From Eledone cirrhosa (lineage: Eukaryota): a stretch of 64,000 nucleotides of DNA. This document shows, piece by piece, positions 41,799-59,675 of this stretch; within the stretch, counting starts at the first letter, position 1, and every line of letters starts with the position of its first letter. The notes under the pieces are model-generated. The model saw only the letters and a program-made list of their open reading frames with translations. It made no database searches and was not told the DNA's origin. A program made the position numbers and the translations under genes. The stretch is taken from the NCBI GenBank assembly GCA_964016885.1, contig OZ024741.1:64294001-64358000 (forward strand), given 5' to 3'.

Positions 41799-42709
41799 CA
41801 TGGAACTCCTTTAACCATCTTTTGATCTTATATTATGTATACTCCAGTCCTACAAACTGTAGAGTGCTTCTTATCCGATATCTGCATTGCTTTATTGTAC
41901 TACAATAAAACTCACCTCCTACATTATATATATATATATATATACATACATACATACATACAGTGTGAATATGCATGAGAGGAGAGTGTGGTTTATCAGG
42001 ATACATATGATTTTGACTGATTTTTTTTTTTTTTTCGATTTCTTATAAGAATATTGCAATTGTGTAGTAGCTCAGGTGTGTTTTTTACAGCTAAAGATAT
42101 TGAATTTTTGTCACTATTGTTACCGTTGTCGTTGTTGATGTTCTTGTTGTTGTTGTTGTCACTGCTGCCTTTATTGTTATTGTTGCTGTTGTCACCATCG
42201 CATTCATTGTCATTGTTATAGTTGTCGTATTTATTGTCATTGTTGTTGTTAATAGTATTATTTTTGTTTTTCACCCTTCTAGTTTTCATTTCTTTTGTTG
42301 AGATTCTTGATATTACAGCGTCTTTTATATTTTTGTCTCGTTAGTTCTCGTTTGACGAAGGAAATGGTTTTCATAGCTAATGCTCTTTAGAAAAGAATGA
42401 ATACCATGCCCTTCAGTTTCCGTTTCTCAATAAATTATTCACTGAAAACCTTGACAATACTATAAACATTGGCAAAGAAAACACTGTGAAAAGACACAGA
42501 GAAACGAATATTCATAAATAGCAGAATAGCCGATCATATTGCTATATGCTGATAGAAGGATGAAGAAATATTTCAAATGGTAAAGGGTCCTTAGCTTCAA
42601 ATGAAATCGTAGGAGCATCGCCCAGTCACACAATGTGTCTTGGGTATTTTAAACTTAACTGATCCCATCCTTTTCTATAAAAAAAAGGGACAATTTAGCT
42701 ACATATATA

Positions 42710-42770
<61 letters not shown>

Positions 42771-42799
42771 GAAAGAACGAGGAAGTTTCGTTTACATAT

Positions 42800-42897
42800 G
42801 AAAAATAATTTTGATCGTCCTGCACATTTTTATACAGCTGATGTCCTTCATACGCATCACATGACCATACCAACGTAATCTCCTCTTAAGTAAACTG
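42800..42897 (-). mobile_element. RTE-type LINE fragment
   Basis: [15 protein letters not shown] motif. Confidence 0.6.
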
Positions 42898-43436
<539 letters not shown>

Positions 43437-43461
43437 ATATATATATATATATTAATATATA

Positions 43462-44050
43462 TATGAAAGACGTAAAATAAGAAAATTATAAAAATTAACT
43501 TACTAAACTTTCACTCCAACTAATTAGTTTCTGAAAGGGAATAAACATGGTTTCTTTATAATTATCTCCAAATTATTTTGTTGAGCAAATATTTGCCAAA
43601 ACTGCTACTATAGTTCATAGTAATAGTTCGACTACTGTTTTCTTAACACCCCACTCCTCACTCCTCACTGATTAACCTCGATGTCACGTGATTGATTCTT
43701 TTGAATTTGCCACCGACCAAGTAGGCAGTGATTTTTTCAATGTCTTGGAATTTAGTCCACGCTTGCTTTTTTCCATCCACTGAATTATTTTTGTATAAGT
43801 TCCCTGCGTCCACGCATCGCCTGGGAACTTAACTGAGAATAGACTTCCTGATGACGAAAGGCCTTCTCCATGCGTTCCATTCGGAAACCATGTTTATTCC
43901 CTTTCAGAAACTAATTAGTTGGAGTGAAATTTTAGTAAGTAAGTTAATTTTTATAATTTTCTTATTTTACGTCTTTCATATAATTGTTCTGCATCCCCTT
44001 GCATTGAACCACAAAGTTACTAAGACAAAACCTATATATTTGCTAGCATA
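43462..44050 (+). mobile_element. Fold-back pLTR with degenerate HHR (43837-43899)
   Basis: 43462-43553 inverted to 43884-43980; CTGATGA-CGAA..TTCG-GAA-ACCATGT-T-TATTC; second fragment at 62370-62495. Confidence 0.7.
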
Positions 44051-44109
44051 GGTATGCATCTGTATATATATGTTGGTAGATATACTAATTCTTTATTAAT
44101 ATATATAGG

Positions 44110-44261
<152 letters not shown>

Positions 44262-44480
44262 GGATGAATCAACAGCATTGATAGAGCGTGAAATAAAATG
44301 CTATTGCGGTATTTGTTCTGGCATTTAATAGTCTGTGTTGAAACCCAGCCGAGGTCAACTTTGCGTTTCATCCTTTCGGGGTGAATACAACACTGTTCCA
44401 GTCAGAAGTTAGGGTTAATTTAATCGACTTTGTCATTCCCTCAAATCTGTTGGCCTGGTGCCTATATTAGAAAACAATAT
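44262..44480 (+). mobile_element. Diverged tRNA-derived SINE
   Basis: GCCGAGGTCAACTTTGCGTTTCATCCTTTCGGGGT core. Confidence 0.7.
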
Positions 44481-45410
44481 TTATGTAAAATAAATCCGGT
44501 TTAAAATTAACTTTCGATCACAACAAACTAGCTAATATTAGAAGATAATGATCAAAACTACAAATATATCAGACCTAGAAATAATACATTTCATAAAAAG
44601 AATACATTACGAAAACTTGAACAAATCTTTTAAAAATAAAATCAAAGGCAGGAAAAAAATGTTAAAGATAAAAGATTAAGAATGTAAGCTTCAAATATGG
44701 GCTTAACATGTGCAACAATGTAAATAACAAAACAGAATAAAATAATGCCAAAGAACACCTGCAGAATATTAGCCCACAAAAGCCGAACCAGAATAATGCA
44801 ACGAAAATATCACTAAAATACAATCTAAGAATAGAAAATAAAATTCAAAAGAGTTCAATTCTGAATATAACTGAAATTAAAGGAAAGAATTAAACTATTG
44901 AAATCGATAGACGGTCTTTATAAGGACCAACAGAATACCATTTTTTCAGATTAAAATAATAAACACGGAAAGAAAATGGGGACAAATGGAAAACTTCTGC
45001 ATCTCCTGACTAGGTGGTATATCTTAGTTGTACTCCACAGAGATGGCGAAAGCATCGACGTGGCAAACAGCCAGGGGCAGCTACTACACCAGCCATTTCA
45101 CGTCACGGTGCTCCTTCTTCAAATGGATATGTACTCCCCCCGATTTTGTGGAGAAAAACAGCTGTCTAGGGTCGAGGACCACGGAAAACTTGATAGCAAC
45201 CGACGTGAAAAGAAAGTTCCGACATTTTTCATAACTACCATTCCTTCACATTACAGGCGTCAGTGCCTGTGTTTGTGACCGAAGTGACAACGTTGGAACC
45301 GGAGAACATTTCACTGCATGTGACGTCCGGATTAGAGATTTACTTTCCTTAAACAGAAAAAACCGGTTCTCACCTCTAACGCTTACTATCACCATCACCG
45401 AAACCGGCAG

Positions 45411-45721
45411 GCTTCAGTCGTATTATTTAGAACTCATGGCAAATAATCCACTTTTGCAACTGATAAACAACTAAAAATACTGCTACAAAAGTTTTCCTCT
45501 TTAGTCTGGCCAATTCGCATAATGGCGCGTTGAGAATATTATAATTATAACGTATTATAGGAACATCTATATTATAATACGTTATAATTATAATATTCTC
45601 AACGCGCCATTATGCGAATTGGCCAAACTAAAGAGGAAAACTTTTGTAGCAGTATGTTTAATTTTTTATCAGTTGCAAAAGTGGATTATTTGCCATGAGT
45701 TCTAAATAATACGACTGAAGC
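45411..45721. repeat. ~310-bp palindrome (no HHR)
   Basis: 45411-45559 inverted to 45573-45721, few mismatches. Confidence 0.85.
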
Positions 45722-46294
45722 GGAAAACAAACAAACAATTACTTCAGAATATCCCAATCAAACCTGACACAAACATATCACTAATACAGAGAGATAATGG
45801 TCTTTTGCAACTACAAAGTTATGAAAAGTATCCACACTAAGACTATTAAATTACCAACTAAAGAATTATTGGAAACTAATGAAAAACAGCAAATGAAATG
45901 GCAGACAGTTGAGAAATTTTAACAAGAGAAATTGTGAAAATACTAAAACCGCAGCTTAAATTGAGACGACAGCATGTCACATAAAGCGGTTGTAAGAAAA
46001 GCTTCTACTTGGTCAATATCTGAAAAATCAATCGGAACAGTTTAGAAGAGAAACATATTTGACAGAGAAAAATCAGAAAACTAGCTCAAAAGTGAATAAC
46101 TCTAAGTACTTTTTTATGGTATGCAACCAAAGTTTTCCCACTAGAAATTACCAAAAAGTAAGTAATGAGGCAGAATACATTAAGTAACTGTAGAAAATGT
46201 TAAGGTTGGAAAGAAACATTTAACCATATTGTTACTGACTATCCAGTCTTATCCAAGAAAGAATACATCTACAGGCATGACAAATGTAGGGCTA

Positions 46295-48913
<2,619 letters not shown>

Positions 48914-48916
48914 CAT

Positions 48917-50061
<1,145 letters not shown>

Positions 50062-50116
50062 GCTCTACATGGCTGCATACAATAAATGTAATGTGAGTTT
50101 TTCGAATATTAATAAT

Positions 50117-50304
50117 TGTTTCTACTTTAGGCACAAGGCCAGCAATTACCCAGTGCGTTACTGGTACTTTATTTCATCGACCCCTTAAGGATGAAAGGCA
50201 AAGTCAACCTCGGCGGGATTTGAACTCAGATCGTAAAGGGACATAACTATGCTGGAAAGCATAACGTCCGACCCTCTACCGATACTGCCAATCCGCCGCC
50301 CTAA
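50117..50304 (-). mobile_element. tRNA-derived SINE with 18-bp TSD
   Basis: TSD TTTTCGAATATTAATAAT at 50099-50116 and 50305-50322; A/B boxes. Confidence 0.9.
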
Positions 50305-50807
50305 TTTTCGAATATTAATAATAACATTCGATTCGTTTGCAATTATGCAACTAAGCCTCATTTGTAAAGCCATGTCAGTAGAATGAAACCTTCATTCTTG
50401 CTCTTGTGTTGGCATGTAAACAGAACTGCAGACACTAATGTTTCTGGGTATCCAGAAACATTACTGACATAGCTTTAAAAATGAGGCTTGTTTGCATAAT
50501 TGCAAACGAATCGAATGTTATTATTAATATTCGAAAAGCTCAGATTACATTTATTGTATTCAGCCATGTAGAGCAAAAATCTTTTTTTTTTATTTGAATG
50601 TGGCAAAGCCGGCCATTTATCGCTCGTATACAGGAAACTGACTGGCTAGTCTGCTGATATGTAAATCTGGCTGATCAGTGGATCTGCTAATATGCAGATC
50701 TGACTCATCAGTCAGTCCTAATATGCAAATCAGGCCGATCAGTCACTGTATATTTTAGAAAATAGCATATATTTTCACTAGCTCTGACAGTTGGCAGGTG
50801 AACAGTG

Positions 50808-50855
50808 AGCTATACTGATGAAGGGTGATACCCAGAAACATTAGTGTCTGCAGTT
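50808..50855 (+). ncRNA. Minimal hammerhead ribozyme
   Basis: AGCTATA-CTGATGA-A.GGGT-GAT-ACCC.A-GAA-ACATTAGTGT-C^-TGCAGTT. Confidence 0.75.
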
Positions 50856-50985
50856 CTGTTTACATGCCAGCACAAGAGCAAGAATGAAGGGTTCATTCTA
50901 CTGACATGGCTTTATAAATGAAACCTGTTTGCATAATTGCAAACGAATCGAATGTTATTAATGTTCGAATAACTCAGATTACATT

Positions 50986-51050
<65 letters not shown>

Positions 51051-51054
<4 letters not shown>

Positions 51055-51585
51055 GGGAGTGTAATGCGGATTTACTGTAGGTTCACTCGGGTGAGCACTC
51101 GATGTTTAGGTTCACGTCAGTATCGAGGTGTAGAGCTAGACAGAGAGTAATATAATAATTGTTTCTACTTTTGACACAAGGCCAGCAATTACCCAGTGTA
51201 TTACTGGTACTTTATTTTATCGACCCCATAAGGATGAAAGGCAAAGTTAACCTCGGCGGGATTTGAACTCAGAATGGCAAGGGCCGTAATTCTATGCGTC
51301 AAAGCATGGCGTCCGACCCTCTACCGATACTGCCAATCCACTGGCCAGAGAGTAATATAATAATAAAAGGACGAATGGTTACTCCTTCATTGCGTTTATT
51401 GGTTGGTGACGCGTGCTTCGCTACTGATCAGCTCAAGGTTCAATCTGTATCGATCTGGCCTGACTCTGATCCGACGAGCTTTTGATCCCAGAGTCAGGCC
51501 AGATCGATATAGATCGAACCTTGAGCTGATCAGTAGCGAAACACGCGTCACCAACCAATAAACGTAATGAAGGAGTAACCATTCG
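51051..51585 (-). mobile_element. Fold-back pLTR fragment containing only the 3' half of an HHR
   Basis: 51372-51468 inverted to 51488-51585; GAA-ACACGCGT-C-ACCAACC present, CTGANGA half absent. Confidence 0.65.
51160..51345 (-). mobile_element. tRNA-derived SINE with 19-bp TSD
   Basis: TSD CAGAGAGTAATATAATAAT at 51141-51159 and 51346-51364. Confidence 0.9.
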
Positions 51586-54418
51586 CGTTGTATTAACTCT
51601 AATCCTTCTATAAGACTTATATGCCCTTCCAAGTCAGATATTGTCATCATAAATATAAAGATTTTAGATAGAATCATCCCAGAATTAAGAAAACACGTTA
51701 ATTTACCACTCTGGGAAAACACATCCCAGGTAATTAATTGGTTTACTAATATTAGAAATAAATCATCTGCTTCATTTCTACAATTTGATATAGATGCTTA
51801 TTATTCCTCTATATTACTCATACTCCTGAACAAAGCCTTGATATTTGCCAAAAATAGATCAAACTTAACTATGGATGACATTAATATTATCACGCACGCT
51901 AGACAAACACTACTGGAATTTCAGAAGGAATACTGGACCAGAAATACATATAGTAATCTCTTCGACATTACTATGGGCTCTAGTGATTCTGCCCAAATTA
52001 CCGATCTTGTGGGCCTCTTTCTTCTATTTAACATTAATTCATCTTTTCCCCACCTTAAAGGTGGTTTATATCGTGATGACTGTCTTCTTCTTTCCAGTAA
52101 TCTTAAATCTTTCCTCAAAGATTATTACAATCTCACTATTACATTTGAAAACACCAGTAAAATAGTCAATTTCCTATCTACGGGTATCTACCAACCTTAC
52201 CATAAACCTAACCAAAACTTACATTACATACACTCACAATGCAATCACCCTAGATCTATCCTTAAAAACCTAGCATATAATATCTCACTCAGAATCTCTA
52301 ACCTTTCATCTAACCATGATGTATTCGATAAAAACGCGCCCTTTTATAACGAAGCTTTAGCTAGAAGCGGCCACAAAAACAAATTAGTCTATATACCTTG
52401 CACCAATAATACTTCAAACATACAACCCAATATTACCAACAAACACCAAATGAAAAACCCACACCTAAATTCCACTCATACTACACCCAAAAATACCAAC
52501 CTAAAACTTAATTTCTCTATCTCTTCTCACATAAAATATAATGACTTTCAAAAAACCATTCATCCTAATACTCCAACATATGTTAACAACATTACTAACA
52601 AAATTCCTAGTAATCAGACTAAAACACCTAAATCAGTTAATCTAACTAAACCTATATATAATAAATTCACTAATAGTAACTCTCTTAGTAAACATCCTGA
52701 TACACCGTATAAATATAAAAAACAATATCGAAACCGTAATAGACGGGTTACATGGTATAATGCTCCATTTAATCTACAAATTAAAGATAATTTCCCTAAA
52801 AAAATGTTTACTATCCTAGAGAAAAACTTCCCGCCAAACCATAAATACCATCAAATTTTAAATAGATCAACTGTCAAATTTTCTTACTCCACTACCAAAA
52901 ATATACAACAAAATATAAGTGCGTACAACGCATATAAATGTAAAAGAAAACACAAATATACCACCAACACATCAAACCAACCATAATACTAAAATAAACC
53001 GCAACAAAACACCATCTCCTTCACCTATAACAAGTCGAGTAAATTCCACACCAAATTTGACTCACTCCCCTGATATAATATTTACGAATGGTTGTAACTA
53101 TAGAATCAAAAGAAATTGCCCATTAAAGGGAAATTGTCTTATTAATAACAGAGTCTATAAATGTAAAATTAGCACTAAGGACTCCACTTATTCATATATA
53201 GGAGCTACGTCTAACCAATTTAAAGTAAGATTTAATACCCACAAACATAGTTTTTAAAATGCCGCATTAGCTAATACAACATCCTTGGCTGAAACAATTA
53301 ATAATTATAGAAAGAAGAATATCGATTACAACCTGACCTGGAGTGTGCTCAAAGGGGCCACCCCTTATCAAAATAACAAATACGAGTGTAGGTTATGCTC
53401 CCAGGAACTTTTTGAAATCATGAAATCTAAGGATATCCTATTAAATAAGCGACAGGAATTAATTATATCTTGCAATCATAGAATTAGAAGAACCTTCAAA
53501 TATTATAAACCTAATTAATATACACCTTACACTTATATTTTACATATTATTATAATTATTTCTTTTAATTTAGTTAACCTATAATTAGTACTTTACTACA
53601 GAGAACTTCATAATATTATTTCCCTTTTACAGCTCTCTTTTCTTAAAATTAATACCTAAAAGTATACCTATAAATTAATTTAATTTCCTGTTATGAATCT
53701 AGATTACTTGTAGTTTATATAAGATTGGTATTTCTCACTACTACCCTTATCCCAAAATTTTACTTTCTTTCGTTTTTAACAACACTCTTTAATAACATCT
53801 AATTCTTATTTATCACATTCATATGAATTAATATAAATTTATCACTATAAGTATATCTATCAATTAATTTAATTTCTTGTTATAGATCTAGATTCCTTGT
53901 AGTTTAAATAAGATTGGTATTTCTCACTAATATCCTTACCCTAAAATGTTATTTTCCTTCGTTTTTAACATTATTCTTTAATAACATCAAATTTTCTTGT
54001 ACCCTTCACTGGCTTGATCTCTTTTCATCCCCAAAGTATTCTTTTCATTCAAAGTATTCTTTTCATTCAAAACATAAGTCTGCACTCCTCAACCCCTAAA
54101 TTAAATTTCTACTACCACTATTCTATCAACTTGACCTCTAACTACTTTTCTATTGGTCAATTCAAGACCTGTTCCCAAACGGACCTTTTATATTAAATCT
54201 TTGTTGGTTTTTTTCAATAAACAAAGCTAATCATTTCTGAAGACAGCATGTATATGTGTAGGTAGGTATATTTCCTCTGATAATTTGTATTATTTTTACA
54301 TAGATCTATAGGATATACATACCAACACACATAAACATCCTAGAAACGATCGTAAAATGATGAATTTTTTAATATAAGGAACTTGTTCTTTGTTTTTATT
54401 TCATTGTTTTTATTAATT
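51586..54418 (+). mobile_element. Degenerate 5'-truncated PLE (RT + GIY-YIG pseudogene ~51590-53518, 3'UTR, pLTR)
   Basis: IRLICPSKSD, LQFDIDAYYSSI, ITMGSSDSAQITDLVG, GLYRDD, TWYNAPF, YIGATSNQFKVRFNTH; frameshifts and stops. Confidence 0.88.
54230..54361 (+). ncRNA. Hammerhead ribozyme with ~100-nt stem II
   Basis: ATCATTT-CTGAAGA-[long hairpin]-GAA-ACGATCGT-A^-AAATGAT. Confidence 0.82.
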
Positions 54419-54447
54419 TATATATATATATATATATATATGTATAT

Positions 54448-55085
54448 GGTGGCTGCCAACTCGTTTTCGAGTACGGCCACTACTTTACATCCATGTAGGA
54501 TAACCCCTACCGAAGCGCTGAACGAGTGTGACTTTTTAGTCCAGCCAGCGACTTGAAACCTCTGGTACAAACACTACACCTGTGACAATTATTGACACAT
54601 AGTGCTAGGCCCATGGTAGGACAATTATTGACACATAGTGCTGGGCCCATGTGAGGACAAGTGCAGAGAGATCTCCAGATATAAAGCAATGCCTGTGCCG
54701 TGAAGCTTTTATAGTGAGCAAAGGCACTGCACAAAGCCAGTCCCACTCTCTTAACCAAGATGATATTTACCAAAAAGAAGAACAAGTCAACATCATTGGA
54801 TACCATCAGGGTTGCAGGTGTTATATCAGAGTTTTCCTTCTCCTAGAATTCTGCCTTGACTAAGGCTAAAGGGGTCATCTCTCCCGGTGATTTTGGATGG
54901 TCATTGACTCTTAAGAGCTCGTTTGCCCTTTGACAGGTTTTGTTTTTAGTCCTGCAGGATGTCCAAAGTCACCCTCCTCACCAAGAAACCTTGGTGGGGT
55001 TGCCAGTTTAGTCGCCAACGACCCGACCATGAGACAGGTTGTACTGGGATACATGTTACCAGTAGCACCAACTGGTGACCTGACA
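54448..55085 (-). mobile_element. Non-autonomous bipartite RTE derivative (5' leader fused to C2H2-coding 3' end)
   Basis: CSVCTRGFKSLAGLKSHTRS; same organisation at 59053-59566; 3' stem-loop shared with the RTE at 55171. Confidence 0.72.
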
Positions 55086-55170
55086 TATATACATACATAC
55101 ATACATACATACATACATACATACATACATACATACATACATACATACATACATACATACATACATACAT

Positions 55171-56555
<1,385 letters not shown>

Positions 56556-56582
56556 CACATAGATACACACATACATACATAT

Positions 56583-57556
56583 CATTAGAATAGCGACTGA
56601 TCTGGAGGAGAGATATGGAATAAAGCCTGATATAAATCTCTCACCCAGAGAAATCGGAAGATCCTATTCAATGTTCAAACAAGATAAAAAAATTGACCAA
56701 TTTACAGAAAAAGTTGTGCATGGATACTTGAGGCGTAAAACACAGACCATAGAGGGGATAAACCACTCAAAAAGCCTGGCATGGAGTTCCGACAAGTTTA
56801 TGACATTACACCTTGAGGGATATCTCTATGCAATACAGGAACAAGAACTCCCTACCAAATATCTGCTGCACAAAAGAGGAGGGCCAGCAGCTGACAATAA
56901 ATGTAGGCTATGTAAAACAAAGATCGATGATGTAAGCCACATTGTTGCCAGCTGCGAAAGAATGTCATCTCGCTACTACCTCCCCATGAGACACGATGGG
57001 ATAGCTAGAACCATCTGGAACGCACTTCGGAAAACAAAATTAACAACAAACGAGGAAGAATATATTGAGACAGATGGCACTAAGGAATACTGGTGGAACC
57101 TGAAAATAAAAACTGCCACCAAATTAAAGCACAACCGGCCTGATATTGTTGTTTGGGACCACACATTGAAAACGTGTTCTGTTGTGGAGATCAGCTGACC
57201 ACTTGATGTAAACGTTGTCAGAAAAATATAGGAGAAGGAGGACATCTACGGACCATTGATGAGGAGTTTACAAATCCAGTATCCAAGATAAACATTTAGC
57301 TTCATACCCATCATTATTGGAGCTACGGGTTATATACCAACCCGCTTGGACCAAAGTATGACTGAACTTGGATTTTCGGACAAAACGCGCAGCTCCCTAA
57401 TTCATAGTCTACAAATGGCTGCGATAGCTGGCACCTTCAAGATTTGCAAAACATTCTTGCGATTCAAGGGATGACAATTTCTTTTCTTTTACAACCTTGC
57501 CACCAGGAAGGTGGCCGGTCAAAAAAATATACTCGAAATTAAGAGAAAGAGATAAC
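56583..57556 (+). mobile_element. 5'-truncated R4/Dong-like REL element in (CATA)n (pseudogene)
   Basis: AIQEQEL..CRLC..HIVASC..RHD..NRPDIVV..VEIS; premature stops; same family as 2683-3087. Confidence 0.87.
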
Positions 57557-57581
57557 ATACATACATACATACATACATACA

Positions 57582-57617
<36 letters not shown>

Positions 57618-57669
57618 TGCAAAAGGCAAACAGAAATAACAAAGCAAACGACTCAATACATGTCAACTG

Positions 57670-57753
57670 TCATGTCTGAAGAAGTGTCAAGAGTCGGCAT
57701 CCGATCACATGATCAAACCTGAGCCGATTGATATAGAAACAATTGTAATATGA
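57670..57753 (+). ncRNA. Type I hammerhead ribozyme (solo)
   Basis: TCATGT-CTGAAGA-A.GTGTCAA..TCGGC..GCCGA-TTGATAT.A-GAA-ACAATTGT-A^-ATATGA. Confidence 0.83.
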
Positions 57754-58281
57754 AATAAAGTTTACAAAAAACTGCAGTTCTTATTGTCACTTTATATACA
57801 CTCTGCAAACTTCAACCCCCTTAAATCTGGAGCACAACCTTACAAGAGACAGACCCAGTAACAGCATCGAGTGCTTCAACCAGCGTCGCCGCTAGTAACT
57901 ACAATTTACTCACATAATAACCTCGAAATTGTGTTCGCTTTTTAAACATACACCAGAAAATGTCTCAGAGAATGAAACAATCACAAAGTTACCATATTCT
58001 GGAATGGGAAAGAGGGAGAGGAGTTTAACCAGTTGTAAATTGTTGTCAAGGACTAAGTGGAAATGAAACTCCTCCTGATAGAAAATAGTTTCAAACGATG
58101 TCATCAAAAACCAAATTAAAACCCCGCAATTCGCCCGGAAGAACATTACAAATATAATGTCGTTGATAAACACAAATATAAACGCATAAAAGAAAGAGAG
58201 AAATGGGTGGGGAGCAAAAACAAAAACGACCATCAATTCACCCCTAAGTACGACAATCGGCCGCACATCCCATCATAGGGG

Positions 58282-58562
58282 TTAACTAAACACTTTGAGG
58301 CAATCCAACATGCTCGCAGCATTGCCGTGGGTAATGGTGAGTCTAAAGCACTGAAATAACCAGGCATCCTCACGGGCATCAACTGATACCTCAGTAAGGC
58401 GAGACACCAGCGATGACAAGAACTTCGCTGTCAGCGGCCCAACTCCACCAAATATCTCGAATGCCACAGGCTGTAAAAAAATAATTACTGGATAAATCCA
58501 GGTATTTACGAATCTTATTCGGTTCGGCAACGGAAATAGAGACCCTCACATTTACCGCGGCG
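58282..58562 (-). mobile_element. Degenerate CRE-clade REL fragment
   Basis: AEPNKIRKY..PVAFEIFGGVGP..WLFQ..HGNAASML. Confidence 0.7.
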
Positions 58563-59052
58563 TCCATGATGTGGAAGGGAGCAAAATTGCATACAAAACA
58601 ACAACAAGGCCCACAGAATTGTGCAGTGAAACCACACAATCGCAATTAGACATCTGACAGTTAAATATATGATAGTTTTCAAGTAGGAAAAATCATGCTG
58701 GGACAATGGAAATTGGCAGTGGTATTCCCATTATGTTTACCATATTCACTTAATTTGATGGAGTGAATTCAATGACATTCTATTTGCTAATGATTTTATT
58801 TAATATTTTATTATTTTTTAACCGTTTGTTTATTTACATTATTCATTCATTATTAAAAACCCAGAGCCAGGCGTAGACAAATGTGTGTATATATAGAGAC
58901 AGAGGGGAAGGGGGGGAGACAGACAGACAGATAGATAGATGTTTTTTGTGTGCGTGTGAGAGTGTGTGTGTGTGTAATAACATTTGAGTTTTCTTCGCAA
59001 TCCGATTCTACAAACTAGCTCATTTTGTATGTATATATGTATGTATGTATGT

Positions 59053-59566
59053 AAGGCTTCTTGGTGAGGAGGGTGACTTTGGACATCCTGCAGGACTAAA
59101 AACAAAACCTGTCAAAGGGCAAAGGAGCTCTTAAGAGTCAATGGCCATCCAAAATCACGGGAAGATATGACCCCTTAGCCTTGTCAAGGCAGAATTCTAG
59201 GAGAAGGAATACTCTGATATAACACCTGCAACTCTGATGGTATCCAATGATGTTGACTTGTTCTTCTTTTTTGTAAATATCATCTTGGTTAAGAGAGTGG
59301 GACTGGCTTTGTGTAGTGCCTTTGCTCACTATAAAAGCTTCACAGCACAGGCATTGCTTTATATCTGGAGATCTCTCTGCACTTGTCGTCACATGGTACC
59401 ATGGGCCAGCACTATGTGTCAATAATTGTTACAAGTGTAGTGTTTGTACCAGAGTTTTCAAGTCGCTGGCTGCACTAAAAAGTCACACTCCTTCAGCGCA
59501 TCGGTAGGGGTTCTCCTACACGGATATAAAGTAGTGGCCGTACTCGAAAACGAGTTGGCAGCCACC
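59053..59566 (+). mobile_element. Second (5'-truncated) copy of the bipartite RTE derivative in (ATGT)n
   Basis: Aligns to the reverse complement of 54448-54993; ATGT repeats on both sides. Confidence 0.75.
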
Positions 59567-59675
59567 ATGTATGTATGTATGTATGTATGTATGTATGTAT
59601 GTATGTATGTGTGTATGAATACATACATGTGTGTGTCAGTCATATGCATGTGTATATATTTATATATATATATAT

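Larger units (their letters stand above)
50055..50988 (+). mobile_element. Non-coding HHR unit: inverted arm + tandem partial pLTRs (retrozyme-like)
   Basis: Hairpin turn at ~50450; 50452-50555 repeated at 50832-50988; SINE inserted in the inverted arm. Confidence 0.78.

Noticed and set aside
50701-50711. CTGATGAGTC on the minus strand
   Set aside because: No downstream GAAA or stem III; part of a 32-bp repeat
57196-57198. In-frame TGA at a Cys position (possible selenocysteine)
   Set aside because: The sibling copy has TGC and this copy has other stops; ordinary decay
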